IMG/VR virus record: IMGVR_UViG_3300010011_000003
Location: 1-33,333 of that record
Reading direction: 5' to 3' (one strand)
Source: a virus
Lineage: Duplodnaviria; Caudoviricetes
Length of the DNA: 33,333 nt
In this document: piece by piece, positions 9,109-18,795 of the stretch
Layout: each line of letters starts with the position of its first letter
How positions within the stretch are numbered: the first letter of the stretch is position 1
The notes under the pieces: generated by a model
Told to the model about the DNA's origin: nothing
Database searches by the model: none
What the model saw: only the letters and a program-made list of their open reading frames with translations
Made by a program: the position numbers and the translations under genes

Positions 9109-9289
9109 ACCAATCTTCCAGTTTCTTTCTCGCTCTTGCTGCTTTCACCGGGTCAACCTGCCATTCGAAGTTCAGCGGCACCGCATATCCGAGATCGACA
9201 AGCCACCACGCGGTGAGAGATTCGATCTCGTCGCCGACGCGAAGGCTTTGGCCCGGCACTTCGCGAATAATGCGAACGCGGTACTTCAT
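9050..9289 (-). CDS. Hypothetical protein (79 aa)
   Basis: ATGA-coupled to the tail tube gene. Confidence 0.55.
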   Translation of the reverse strand: MKYRVRIIREVPGQSLRVGDEIESLTAWWLVDLGYAVPLNFEWQVDPVKAARARKKLEDWYDSVTRGNRTIAVKTISRR

Positions 9290-9672
9290 GATCCTGACGG
9301 CCCCTGGACCTCAAAGGTGTACTCGCGCTTGAGAATGCCAGTCTTCTCGACGGTGATCTCGCCGGCTGTGCACGCCACGCATTCGTAGCTTTGCGATCCG
9401 ATCGTCACGGTGAACGTCTCGCCTGGGTCGAGCAGCTCCTCTGCGAGCGCGTCGAGAGCAGAATGCAACGTCGGATCATAGGCCACCCGCAGTTTGATCT
9501 GGCCATACGTGATTCGCGTTGGAATTTTCTGCGCGTAATCGGCCGAGTCATCGACGAGTTGCAGCTCCTCGACGTCTTGGCCGATCTGCGGATAGGTGAC
9601 AGATTCAACGTCCGATACCGTCGTCGTGTCAACCTGAACTGTCGTTCCTTTGCCTTTTACCGCCATGGTCAT
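9286..9672 (-). CDS. Major tail (tube) protein
   Basis: Position; KGTTV start, YGQIKLRVAYDP, C-terminal TFEVQGP. Confidence 0.7.
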   Translation of the reverse strand: MTMAVKGKGTTVQVDTTTVSDVESVTYPQIGQDVEELQLVDDSADYAQKIPTRITYGQIKLRVAYDPTLHSALDALAEELLDPGETFTVTIGSQSYECVACTAGEITVEKTGILKREYTFEVQGPSGS

Positions 9673-10175
9673 GCCCCTTTCTTTGCTTCGATCTTGGCTA
9701 CAGCCTCACGAATGACTCGCGCGATTTCAGCTGTGGCTTCTTCCGTAATTCGAGGACTGAATTGATCCATGAATCCTTTGAAATAAGGTTGTACTCGCCC
9801 GCGATTTTTGCCAGCCTTTGTCTGACGGTCAGTCGTACCCAAGACAAACCAGTGGACGTTGGCCTTGCCGATTCCAACGCCTGGTCGCGTCCTCTTCTTC
9901 GTTGCGCCGCGGCGTGTGGCTTTGCCGACTCCAAAGCCGATTTTTGCATGCTGCAATGTGCCGCGCTTGACCTTCAGCGAGTAGCCGATTCCAGTGGCTA
10001 CGCGGCTCCTCACACGCGGTGGCGCTGACCACGACTTAGCGCCGGCTTTAAGCTCGTTCCGAAACTTGCGCAGCACCGGCCGCAGCGCTGCGGCGAGCTT
10101 GCGGCCGCTGAGAAGCTGACTCAACTCGCCTAACTTCTGTCGCAATTGATTGGCGTCAACCTCGATTTCTAGCAT
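9669..10175 (-). CDS. HK97 gp10-like neck/tail-completion protein
   Basis: Basic protein with HWFVLGT..R..G...P..F motif. Confidence 0.7.
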   Translation of the reverse strand: MLEIEVDANQLRQKLGELSQLLSGRKLAAALRPVLRKFRNELKAGAKSWSAPPRVRSRVATGIGYSLKVKRGTLQHAKIGFGVGKATRRGATKKRTRPGVGIGKANVHWFVLGTTDRQTKAGKNRGRVQPYFKGFMDQFSPRITEEATAEIARVIREAVAKIEAKKGA

Positions 10176-10555
10176 TTCAAGACCGTGAAAGTGATCGTCA
10201 CGAAGTATGTCGGCTCAGACGATTCGCTATCGACCAGCAGCGCGCCTCGAGTCTCCGACTCGACGAAGAAACTCCACGTCGCGTTGCCTCCGTCGTCAAG
10301 GTCTTGCATGTCAAGTTCACGCAATTGGTCCGCAAGCTCGTCGGCTTCAGCGCGCGTTTCCGAGTAAACTGTCACGCTGACCGTGTACCTATCTGCGAAT
10401 GTTCCGTCTAATCCAGCGTCTGGAACGTTGGCTCCAACCGACACGACGACTGCTGGCAAATCATCACCGGGCGCAAGCTGATCAGGCCTGACTCGGTCGT
10501 TGACCGAGCTGCAGACCTTCATAACTGCAGTTCTGACTGCCTCATAGATCGTCAC
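10169..10555 (-). CDS. Tail terminator protein (DUF3168-like)
   Basis: RVRPDQLAP..LPAVVV..VSVTVYSETRAEADELADQLR; position. Confidence 0.75.
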   Translation of the reverse strand: MTIYEAVRTAVMKVCSSVNDRVRPDQLAPGDDLPAVVVSVGANVPDAGLDGTFADRYTVSVTVYSETRAEADELADQLRELDMQDLDDGGNATWSFFVESETRGALLVDSESSEPTYFVTITFTVLKC

Positions 10556-10880
10556 GTGCCGCTCCTTCGATCTCGATCACCAGCTGCCCGGGTACGATCG
10601 TGTCGATCTCGATCCGCGTTCCGTCGCGTAATCGCGCAACGCAATCTGTCGTGATCTGCGACGTCACTGCCGTGCGCCAGACTCGCAAAGTGTAGCGAGT
10701 TCCTGAGGTGACAACGTCGCCAATGACGGTCTCACGCGCCGGGCTTGCCTCGACTGAAGCGAGACAGTCACACATCAGCTCGTCGCGAGACGTCGGCTGA
10801 CCGTCACTCGCTGTTTCCTTCACTTTGCGATAAAAGGCGACGCGATTTGTCAGCGCGTCACCAAGCTTCACCGTAGACAT
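10542..10880 (-). CDS. Head closure / head-tail adaptor (SPP1 gp16-like)
   Basis: GDALTNRVAFYR..DG..ASVE..RE..YTLRVW; start reassigned to MSTVKLG. Confidence 0.75.
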   Translation of the reverse strand: MSTVKLGDALTNRVAFYRKVKETASDGQPTSRDELMCDCLASVEASPARETVIGDVVTSGTRYTLRVWRTAVTSQITTDCVARLRDGTRIEIDTIVPGQLVIEIEGAARDDL

Positions 10881-11404
10881 CGCAGATAGGCCTCGTCCGT
10901 AATGCCACACACCTCTGGCTGAATGTCGGTCGATCGCGCCTGCCAACGCGCGGCCGATGTTCTCAACACAAGCTGTTTCACGTCCTCTGGCAGCGCGGCG
11001 TAGCCGCCATAATAGGTCACGCGGAGCGCCGAACCGCTCGCCACAACTGGCTGGAGGAACAAGAGTTCTGCAGGTACACGTTGCCGAAGCAGGTAACTCG
11101 TCGATTCGAGAATCGTCTCATTGCCAGTGATCTCGTCAATCACGCTGACTTCGAACGAATGTTCGTCATCAACGACAACAGGCGAATATGGCAATAGCAG
11201 CCGCGACGGAATCGGCCAATAGACGGTCACGCGCACTTGCGAGACGCCGACGCCAATCCCAAGCGCGCGCTCCACGTCGAACATTGCGCCGGCTAGGATC
11301 ACGTCAACGAGTGGTTCTGGCTCGCCGCTTGGCAGGCCGAGAAACATCGCCACTTCGCCGCTCGTGATCGGCCGCGTCTCTGGTCCCTGCAGAATCTCGA
11401 TCAT
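10868..11404 (-). CDS. Head-tail connector (HK97 gp6-like, long form)
   Basis: PETRPIT..EV..FL at the N-terminus; VTYYGGY..LPEDVKQLVL..W..R at the C-terminus. Confidence 0.75.
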   Translation of the reverse strand: MIEILQGPETRPITSGEVAMFLGLPSGEPEPLVDVILAGAMFDVERALGIGVGVSQVRVTVYWPIPSRLLLPYSPVVVDDEHSFEVSVIDEITGNETILESTSYLLRQRVPAELLFLQPVVASGSALRVTYYGGYAALPEDVKQLVLRTSAARWQARSTDIQPEVCGITDEAYLRCLR

Positions 11405-11537
11405 TGACGATCTCGCAAATACCTTGCGCGGCAAGGCGCTGCGCGAGGCGATCACTCACCGTGAGCGTTCGGCCTCGCGTCAGCGCCGCACCGCAATCAA
11501 GCACGCATGATTTGACGACTTTGATCTTCACGATCAT
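11304..11537 (-). CDS. Small hypothetical protein after the capsid gene
   Basis: ATGA-coupled to the capsid stop; V..LAQRL..QGI.E pattern; 3' end overlaps the connector gene. Confidence 0.55.
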   Translation of the reverse strand: MIVKIKVVKSCVLDCGAALTRGRTLTVSDRLAQRLAAQGICEIVNDRDSAGTRDAADHERRSGDVSRPAKRRARTTR

Positions 11538-12688
11538 GTGCTCGTACCCATGGTCAAGCAGCCAATGGCCTTCGTTGTACTGGCTGCCACAAGCTTGGCG
11601 TCAAAGTAGTAGAACGCCAAGAATCCGACGGCGTCGAATTCAGCAAAACGCTCCTGCAGCGCCAGCAGTCGCAGCTGATTGACTTCGCGAATGACGTATC
11701 GCTTGAAGTCGCCGAAGATCGCCACTTTGGCGCTTGCCGAGAAACTCGACGGCATGGAGGCATTCTCGACGACAGGATAGCCAAGCAATCGACCAGGCGA
11801 TTGACCCGTCAGGTCAGGATAGAACAGCGGCCGTCCATAGTCGTCTTCGATCTTCTGGATCGCGGCGAGAATCGACGGATGCATCATCCAGACGGCATTG
11901 GCGCGATACGCCTGGTCAATGGCATAGACGACATCCAGGAGTTCGTCCCATGCGAGCACGTTGGATTTGGCCGCCGTCTTGGCTGTCGGCACGCCACCAC
12001 TGGAAGCCAGCAAGCCAGTCGGCTGGCCGGAACCGGTTCCAGTCGTCTCATAGCCGTTGGCAGCGCGGCCAATTCTCTGAGCAATCAAATCGGCCAAAAT
12101 CTGCTCAAGATCGACGGCGCTATCACGCAACAACGTCGTGCCGATCACGATCGGCTTCGACTGCAGCGTGTAGCAATCAAGCGTCACAGACGAAATCGTC
12201 GGATCAACCGACGCCGTCATATCGACAGAGCTGCTCAGCAAGGCCGCCGTATTCGACGTGTCATCCACAATCGGCATTGTGAGTTTGTCCATGGTGTCGG
12301 TCGTCAGCACGGTGGCCACCCGCCGCACCGCGTCATAGTTCGACAGCATTTCGACGGTGGCTTGGCCGATCCGCGTTTGAATGACGTCGCCACTCTCGTC
12401 GGCGCGGAAGAGACCGCCGGTCAAGTTGAGCGGCACAGTAATGTCGTTTTTGCCACGCCAACCGAGATCGTCGAGCAATCGCTTTTCGTCGGCTGTGGCG
12501 TAGCCATAGACGTCACGGGCCCAGGCCCGCACAGGAGACGTCAGAGGTTTCGCCTCTTCGTCGAGAGGCCTGACAGCCGTCGGCTTCGCGGCTAACTGAT
12601 ACGACCGCTTCTCCAGCTCGGCGTAGGCCTTTTCGACAAGGCTGTCAACGATTTCGTCTGTGATTGAATTGAGGGTTTCTGTTGTCAT
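11534..12688 (-). CDS. Major capsid protein, HK97 fold
   Basis: LLRDSAVDLE, GTGSGQPTG, AVWMMHP, D.YGRPL, LLGYPV, IFGDF..Y.I, ERFAE.D.VGF. Confidence 0.95.
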   Translation of the reverse strand: MTTETLNSITDEIVDSLVEKAYAELEKRSYQLAAKPTAVRPLDEEAKPLTSPVRAWARDVYGYATADEKRLLDDLGWRGKNDITVPLNLTGGLFRADESGDVIQTRIGQATVEMLSNYDAVRRVATVLTTDTMDKLTMPIVDDTSNTAALLSSSVDMTASVDPTISSVTLDCYTLQSKPIVIGTTLLRDSAVDLEQILADLIAQRIGRAANGYETTGTGSGQPTGLLASSGGVPTAKTAAKSNVLAWDELLDVVYAIDQAYRANAVWMMHPSILAAIQKIEDDYGRPLFYPDLTGQSPGRLLGYPVVENASMPSSFSASAKVAIFGDFKRYVIREVNQLRLLALQERFAEFDAVGFLAFYYFDAKLVAASTTKAIGCLTMGTST

Positions 12689-13766
12689 TCTTCTGCCCCT
12701 TTCTGACAAGCTTTTCATGTAGCGATCGCAGAATCTGCTCGCGCATGGCCTCTCTGCCCCGTGCAGAGTCTTCTGCTTCTTCCGGCATATGCGCTCGCAA
12801 ATGAGCTTCTACTCTCGCTGCATCTTCTTCGCTGATTCCTTCTGTCTGGCTGAGACGCGCCAATGCATTGCGCACGGCTGCCAAGCTGGCCTTCGGCGTC
12901 CTGGTGTCTGAAGGCGGAAAGTGGTGTGGCAGCTTCAAATCGCCGAAGCTGTCGAGGCTCACGGCGAAGCCAAAGTAGCTGGCTATCTCACGTCTCTCGT
13001 CCTCTTCGAGTTCGTCCCAGCCTTTCTCGGTGAAATCTTCCAGCGTTGGCTTCTGCCATTCGCCTTCGACGCCTTCGCCTTCGCCACCTGGAGGATCGCT
13101 TGGAATGAAGGCGAGAGGCTTGAATCGCGTCTTGTTAGTCGGCGCTACTGCGGGTTGTTCTTCTTTTTCGTCGTGGCCTTCTGGTTCCAGAATCACGTCG
13201 GCCAGACGGAATTGCTGCGCGTCGTCGGCGCTCAGCCAGCTCCCGTCAACTTCGCCAACAAGAAGCTGCATGGCTTCGTCTGGAGTCATGCGGCCCTTGC
13301 TCGCGACGATCTGCGCAATGTCGCGGTCCATTTTCGCCAGCGACTCGGCGACGTCCCGAAGCGTGCGCGAGTTGCCAATGACGGCTGCATAAGGCAGGTG
13401 GAGGAAGAGCGTACTTCCGCGAAGCATCTGCATGGGCTTCCCAGCCAAGGCGATAATTCCAGCGGCGCTGGCTGCTATGCCGTCGATTCGCGTCACGACG
13501 TTGCCGTGTTCGCGAAGCGCGTTGTAGATCGCTAGACCATCGTAGGCTAAGCCGCCATAGCTGTTGATCCTGACCCACAAACGCGAGTTCTTTGGCCTAC
13601 CAGCGATCCATTTGACGATCGCCTCTGTCGTCTCAGGCTCGCCAACGTCGTGATAGAGCCACAGCGTATCGTCTTCAATCTGCGCCTGGAGTTTCGGCGG
13701 TGACTGCTTGATTGCCTGTAAAACCTGTTCCCGATCGTATCCAATTGGCTGGAGTATAGTACGCAT
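12645..13766 (-). CDS. ClpP-like prohead protease with an extra C-terminal domain
   Basis: RINSYGG, GIAASAAG, FLH.P, WLSADDA; AAGGAG/GGAG RBS before ATG 13766. Confidence 0.9.
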   Translation of the reverse strand: MRTILQPIGYDREQVLQAIKQSPPKLQAQIEDDTLWLYHDVGEPETTEAIVKWIAGRPKNSRLWVRINSYGGLAYDGLAIYNALREHGNVVTRIDGIAASAAGIIALAGKPMQMLRGSTLFLHLPYAAVIGNSRTLRDVAESLAKMDRDIAQIVASKGRMTPDEAMQLLVGEVDGSWLSADDAQQFRLADVILEPEGHDEKEEQPAVAPTNKTRFKPLAFIPSDPPGGEGEGVEGEWQKPTLEDFTEKGWDELEEDERREIASYFGFAVSLDSFGDLKLPHHFPPSDTRTPKASLAAVRNALARLSQTEGISEEDAARVEAHLRAHMPEEAEDSARGREAMREQILRSLHEKLVRKGQKNDNRNPQFNHRRNR

Positions 13767-14910
13767 CTCCACCACTCCTTCTGTTGAGGTTCTCTCGCTC
13801 GCGGACTTCATTCGGCGAGAGAACACCGATTTCGACCAGCTTTGCGTAGGCCGCGACGCGCTCTGATATCTGCGTTCGCACGATCGCGTTGCGGTTATGC
13901 TCGAAGTAATACCTTTTCTTCTTCAGCGCCTTGCTGAGGAGCTTCGCAGTCGCCTCCGTCTCCCACGCCACCAGCCACGGATCAAGCGTCGTCTGCAGAT
14001 AATCAGCATTCTCAGCTTCAATGCTTGCGTAGCTGGTTCTCGTTGGATCGCCGAGCTTATGCGGCGGCAAGCCGAAGACGTTGGCAATGGCGCGAAGGCC
14101 AGCGTCTCGCGATTCAACCAACTGCGATTTCTGTGGTTCAGCCACTGACGGCTGGAACTCAAGGCCTCCAGATAGGATTGCAATATCATGAGCATTGCTT
14201 GCTGAGCTGTGACGGCGACGGAACTCGTCGCGAAGCCTTGCGACTTCGTCGGCGCTGAGCGCTCGCGGCGACTTTATGAAGCCACTCAGCGCATAGCCTT
14301 TTTGGAAGAAGGCAGCTGCGAATCGCTGAACGCCAAGTTCAAGGCGAATGGCTTCTGCGAGCAGTCTGAGCGGAGAATCGCCAAAGACGCCGTCCCACGT
14401 CAGACCTGCGATATGCAAAATGTCGTCGTCTGAGATTGTCGTATCCTGACCAGTTGGCAATCGCGTCTTCCAGGCAAGACGGCCTTCGTCCACCGGTTGC
14501 GTGCGCAGCGGATCGAGAACTGTCAACGCCACAGGATCGCCAATCCCATTGCGTTGTATCCAGGCAAAGCCATTGCCAGTCAGGAGCGCGTGCGCCGTCA
14601 GCGTTCGCCTCAGCGTGTAGCCGGTCATTCCGGGCGCCGCCTGTTCGCGAAGAACGATCGCAGAAGGCCAGTCGTTCTCCGCCGTTCGGCCACCGTCTTC
14701 GTCACGCCGGTAGAGGCTGATCGGAACTTTCGCCACGTCGGCGCTGATCACGTTGACCGCTCGCCACACGGCCGGGTGGCTCAATGCCTCCTGGATCGTG
14801 ACCTGTCCACCAGTGAGGACCCATTCGGCAATCGAGGCCCCGGCCCGCTCCCACGTGGAACTCGGCGCCCACATGTTCTTGATCCATGTGACGAATTCTT
14901 TCAGAGCCAT
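13675..14910 (-). CDS. Portal protein, HK97 family
   Basis: AVWRAVNVISADVAKVP, LLTGNGFA, DILHI, IANVFGLPPHKLG, SPNEVRERENL. Confidence 0.95.
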   Translation of the reverse strand: MALKEFVTWIKNMWAPSSTWERAGASIAEWVLTGGQVTIQEALSHPAVWRAVNVISADVAKVPISLYRRDEDGGRTAENDWPSAIVLREQAAPGMTGYTLRRTLTAHALLTGNGFAWIQRNGIGDPVALTVLDPLRTQPVDEGRLAWKTRLPTGQDTTISDDDILHIAGLTWDGVFGDSPLRLLAEAIRLELGVQRFAAAFFQKGYALSGFIKSPRALSADEVARLRDEFRRRHSSASNAHDIAILSGGLEFQPSVAEPQKSQLVESRDAGLRAIANVFGLPPHKLGDPTRTSYASIEAENADYLQTTLDPWLVAWETEATAKLLSKALKKKRYYFEHNRNAIVRTQISERVAAYAKLVEIGVLSPNEVRERENLNRRSGGDAYYTPANWIRSGTGFTGNQAVTAETPGAD

Positions 14911-16571
14911 TGGATACCGATTGCCTCTGCCGTTTGCTGAAGCTGCGCGTTACCCGCAGCGAGAACCAAAGCCACAACCAGGTCGATTGGTCCTTCGCTT
15001 TTGCGTTTACTCAGGCGACGCAATCCGTATTGATTCGTCTCGACCACAGTGTTGGCCAAGCAATACTCCATGACTTCGCTGCGAGCATGCTTGATCTTGC
15101 GGTCGTAAATTAGCTTCTCTGTTTCGCGAAGCGGCGCGTCCATTGCCTTGGCGATCATTGGGTGAGCCACGAGAAGTGACTCCGGAACGCCGTCACTGAC
15201 GAGCCTTTGAACCAAGCCGGTAGCCAACGCGCGGTCGTAATAAATCGCCGTGACCTTGTACTGCTTGACCATGTCGGCAAGTTGCTTGCGAATCATGGCT
15301 TCGTCAATGCTGTCGCCGGGTGTGACGATCAGCTCATTAGCAGCCACGAACTTCGAGTAAAGTCTCGCGCGTGGACCACGGTTGGCGGCGTAATCGCTGG
15401 TGAAAGCCCAATGCTTGCACCAGTAGTTGTCGCCGTCAGGAAAGATCGCGACGATTGCCGACAGGTCGCGCGTCGAACCGAGGTCAACGCCGACAAGGCA
15501 AGGCTTGCCAGTGAAGTCTGGCTCGCCTTCGGATTCGGAGTCGCGCCAAATCTCGATTGGAATCCACTGGCCAGACCCGAGAATTTGCTGATTCAGGTGA
15601 TACCGCCTGAACGCTGCTTCCCCGCTCGGCGTTCTCGCCTGAGCCAAAGCGGTGGCCAGATCGTCTGGCATGATCGTCACGCCAAGCGAAGGATTGGCCG
15701 CTGGCCAGACGGCCGGATCGTGAAAGTCCGCGTCGTCCGGAACATAACAATCGAAGCCGAAGAATGCGTCGAGGTCTTCGCTGCCTTCAGCGACAAGCTG
15801 CGCTGTCGTTCGCATTTCGTCGAACAGACGGGATTCGTCTTCGCCTGCTGTGGAAATCGCGACGAGAAGCGGGTTATCGCGAGCCACCATTGACGTCGCG
15901 ACCGCGTCCCAAAGTCTCCGATCTTTGTGCGCGTGTAGCTCGTCAACGATCGCGCAACTTAGTGAATAACCCCAGAGTCTTGCCGAGTCGGCGCCGGCGG
16001 CCCAGAATCGACCGCGATTGCCTGGACAGCGAAGCTCACTTCGATAGACGTAGCCAAGACCACGAAGTTTGGCGCTCTGCTCCGTCATCATCGCCGCTTC
16101 GGTGAAGACGATTCTGGCCTGATCGCGCGACGTGGCGACGCAAATGACCTGCGGTCCTGCTTCGCCGTCTGCGAATAAGGCTTTGAGCGCCAGACCTGAC
16201 GTGAGCGTCGATTTGCCGTTTTTGCGCGCGACGCTGATAAACGCCCGGCGCGTGACGCGACGCTTCTCCTGCCACCAGCCAAAGAGATTAGCCACGACGA
16301 AAAGCTGCCACGGAGCAAGCTCGAACGTATGGCCAGCATGTCGCCCGCGCACGTGTTGCAGGTAGCGAAAGAACGTCAGCGCGCGCTCGACCTCAGATCG
16401 GCGAAACTCATAACGATCTGTTTCAAGCCACCGAATGAATCGCCTAGCGGCGCCGGCGACTTGAGGACTGACCACGAGATCGCCGCTCGCTGCTCGATCT
16501 GCCCACCTTGCGAGCTCCGATTGCCACTTCGGGGTCGATCGCTTCTGGTATGTCCTCCGTGTCTGCCCCAT
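14901..16571 (-). CDS. terL: Terminase large subunit
   Basis: Walker A ARKNGKS, Walker B AIVDELH, ISTAG, ANPSLG, nuclease GVDLG and IDLVVA. Start 16571 or 16583. Confidence 0.95.
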   Translation of the reverse strand: MGQTRRTYQKRSTPKWQSELARWADRAASGDLVVSPQVAGAARRFIRWLETDRYEFRRSEVERALTFFRYLQHVRGRHAGHTFELAPWQLFVVANLFGWWQEKRRVTRRAFISVARKNGKSTLTSGLALKALFADGEAGPQVICVATSRDQARIVFTEAAMMTEQSAKLRGLGYVYRSELRCPGNRGRFWAAGADSARLWGYSLSCAIVDELHAHKDRRLWDAVATSMVARDNPLLVAISTAGEDESRLFDEMRTTAQLVAEGSEDLDAFFGFDCYVPDDADFHDPAVWPAANPSLGVTIMPDDLATALAQARTPSGEAAFRRYHLNQQILGSGQWIPIEIWRDSESEGEPDFTGKPCLVGVDLGSTRDLSAIVAIFPDGDNYWCKHWAFTSDYAANRGPRARLYSKFVAANELIVTPGDSIDEAMIRKQLADMVKQYKVTAIYYDRALATGLVQRLVSDGVPESLLVAHPMIAKAMDAPLRETEKLIYDRKIKHARSEVMEYCLANTVVETNQYGLRRLSKRKSEGPIDLVVALVLAAGNAQLQQTAEAIGIQWL

Positions 16572-16755
16572 ATCTCTCTTCAAACTCTCTCAGCATCCGT
16601 TCCGCGTCCTGCAGCGCCTTCAATGCCGGGTTTGCCCTCAGAACTGTTCCACCGGCTCGCTGGATCTCAACGACGACCCCCTTTTCGTCCAGCAGCTGCT
16701 TGGCTCTTCGCCACAGGTCCTGCCAGTATTCCCTTCTTTCTGTGTGTTCGAGCAT
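16444..16755 (-). CDS. terS: Terminase small subunit (P27-like, unusually short)
   Basis: W..AKQLLDEKGVVV..RANPALK; lies between HNH and terL. Confidence 0.65.
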   Translation of the reverse strand: MLEHTERREYWQDLWRRAKQLLDEKGVVVEIQRAGGTVLRANPALKALQDAERMLREFEERYGADTEDIPEAIDPEVAIGARKVGRSSSERRSRGQSSSRRRR

Positions 16756-17050
16756 GACACTTGCTACACAATGTTCGAAGGTTGTCTCTCCGCAATCGAC
16801 CTTCAGGCCACTCTCTCACCGGCACAATGTGGTGAACGACGTCGCCTTTGGCGCCACACATTGCACACCACGGGTGATCCTTCATCCATCGCTGCTGGAG
16901 CGCGACCCAGTCCCAATCGTAGCCGCGTTCCATGGCGCTCGGCCTTGAACCGCGTCGGCGTTTCGGCTTCTTCGCCTTCGGCTTGCTCATTGGACAGCAG
17001 CCGACTCGGTGGATCGTACCGCAGCGTGTACACTTAACCTGCTCCTGCAT
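16667..17050 (-). CDS. Packaging-associated HNH endonuclease
   Basis: RGYDWDW, HPWCAMC, VHHIVP, DNLRTLCSKCH. Start uncertain (17050 or 16990). Confidence 0.9.
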   Translation of the reverse strand: MQEQVKCTRCGTIHRVGCCPMSKPKAKKPKRRRGSRPSAMERGYDWDWVALQQRWMKDHPWCAMCGAKGDVVHHIVPVREWPEGRLRRDNLRTLCSKCHARTHRKKGILAGPVAKSQAAAGRKGGRR

Positions 17051-17291
17051 CGTATTTCTCAGCCAAGCATGGCCGTCGCAAGAGTTCGTCTCGCAGCTTT
17101 CCGATCGCAGACTCGACGCGCGCCGTCGAGGTATGCATTTTCTCAATGGTGGCCGTATTTTTTTCGATCACTTGGTTCGTTTCGCGTAGGACGCCAAGGA
17201 CCTGCTTCGTTAGCCACACGATCACGCCGACGAGGACGAAGCAGAGTCCCGCGAAACCGGCTTGTATGTATGGCGTAAATAACTCCGTCAT
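17034..17291 (-). CDS. Putative holin (one TM helix plus coiled coil)
   Basis: GFAGLCFVLVGVIVWL then heptads; next to a peptidase. Confidence 0.6.
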   Translation of the reverse strand: MTELFTPYIQAGFAGLCFVLVGVIVWLTKQVLGVLRETNQVIEKNTATIEKMHTSTARVESAIGKLRDELLRRPCLAEKYDAGAG

Positions 17292-18085
17292 TCTGCCCCT
17301 TCCGGATCAACGACGACGCGCACGGCCCAAGCGTCGGTGAATGGCGAATGTTTGAAGTAGCTTTCTGGGACGATTGCCATGCCGTTCACGCCCCAGTCCT
17401 TGCCCCAGGAGTTGACTACGGCCACGCCCCATGTCTTTCGCGATTCGTGGCAGGCCAAGCCGATGCCACACATGGCATGGCCACCGCCACCGCCGGTGTA
17501 GTCAGCCAGCCAGCCGTCGCTTTGAACGCGAAAATTACGCCCCACAAATACGCCAAGACAGACTGGAAACCCGCAGAGAATCGCACTCGCAACATGATCG
17601 AAACTCGGACAATCCCAAGCCTCAAGCACGCGAAACCGTGGCGCGTCTTTCTTCCAATCAGCTGGCCAACGCGATTGACGCCACGTGTACATGTCGATGA
17701 TCGACGCGCGACAGACGCCAATGACCTCCAAGGCCTTGATCGCGTCGCCAAGGACCGCGCCGGTATCGCTACCACCGTTGATGCGACCATAGAGATTGCC
17801 AGCAGAAAGACGAACGTACGGCGCGCCGGCAATCGCTCGCGCCACGTGGACCGCCTGAACGCTCGCGAATGCGCAGCATGCGTTCTGACCGTCCTGATCG
17901 AGAACCTCAGGGACGCAATGACCGAAGTCGATCGGCTTCCATTCGTCGCGCGGCCAGAGACGAGTCTTGCCGCGTTCGCCGAAGACGGGATAGACCTCGC
18001 CTCGGCCAGACTTTCTCGGAAGCCGCCCGAGGCGATAGGTCTTTCCGTCCTGCCCCGCCAGAACGAACTCAGAATCGTAGGTCAT
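17288..18085 (-). CDS. Papain-like (C1) cysteine peptidase
   Basis: VLDQDGQNACCAF (Gln/Cys), GGHAM (His), NSWG..WG..G (Asn). Start reassigned to MTYDSEF. Confidence 0.9.
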   Translation of the reverse strand: MTYDSEFVLAGQDGKTYRLGRLPRKSGRGEVYPVFGERGKTRLWPRDEWKPIDFGHCVPEVLDQDGQNACCAFASVQAVHVARAIAGAPYVRLSAGNLYGRINGGSDTGAVLGDAIKALEVIGVCRASIIDMYTWRQSRWPADWKKDAPRFRVLEAWDCPSFDHVASAILCGFPVCLGVFVGRNFRVQSDGWLADYTGGGGGHAMCGIGLACHESRKTWGVAVVNSWGKDWGVNGMAIVPESYFKHSPFTDAWAVRVVVDPEGAE

Positions 18086-18093
18086 TGCCCCGC

Positions 18094-18795
18094 CTACCTT
18101 CTGCGAATAAGCCACCGCCCGGTAGTCGGACAGGAGCCTGACGCGCATGATCCGCTCGACTGCGGTTGCGCCGGTTTCGACTGCGATTGCGGTGGCGAAG
18201 AACCCGCTGGTTCTTTTCTCTGCTCAACGACAGCCACGCCTAATCGGCGCAGCAGCGATTCAAAGTCTTCGCGTGTGTTCACTCTCGCTTCGATTATGGT
18301 CTTTCCGTTGGCGTCAAGACCAAACACCACGGGCAAACCTTTTGACTTCGCGGCGTCAATCAGCGGCGCGAGATCGCTCGGCTTCTCGCCTTTCTCGTCT
18401 TTTACGTCAACGTCAACAACTCTGAATGAAATCCGTCTCTGGCTGATCGCCTCGCGAATGGATTTGTCAATAAGCGCCGCAGCCTGCGATGGCTGCCGTG
18501 CCTCGCTCTCCTCGATCCAGATAAGCGATGAGAGCGTCGCAGGCTGTGGCGTCGGTCCAGGAGGAGGCTGAGGACCTGGAGGTTGCGGCGGCGAATTCCG
18601 CACCAGAGTCACGAACGAGAGGTCAGGCTGATTGTTGACAACTTCAATCAGCAGGAGGGTCGAATCGTCAACGAGAACAGCGCGACCAGTTGAACCTGTT
18701 CGCGCTGGATAATCGAACGGAGTGCGCAGCGCGATGTCAGCCGCGAATGCTGGCTGCACGAACAACAGCAGCCACACGACAGATCGGAGAATCAT
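18094..18795 (-). CDS. Exported protein with signal peptide, Pro-rich linker and thioredoxin-like domain lacking CxxC
   Basis: Signal peptide ending AFA; PPQPPGPQPPPGPTP; VVDVD..GLPVVFGLDANGK; C-terminal CASGSCP. Confidence 0.65.
   Translation of the reverse strand: MILRSVVWLLLFVQPAFAADIALRTPFDYPARTGSTGRAVLVDDSTLLLIEVVNNQPDLSFVTLVRNSPPQPPGPQPPPGPTPQPATLSSLIWIEESEARQPSQAAALIDKSIREAISQRRISFRVVDVDVKDEKGEKPSDLAPLIDAAKSKGLPVVFGLDANGKTIIEARVNTREDFESLLRRLGVAVVEQRKEPAGSSPPQSQSKPAQPQSSGSCASGSCPTTGRWLIRRR

Noticed and set aside
11801-18571. Long plus-strand ORFs (11801-12595, 12921-13535, 15207-15893, 17348-18571)
   Set aside because: Antisense to well-supported genes in GC-rich DNA, with no motifs.
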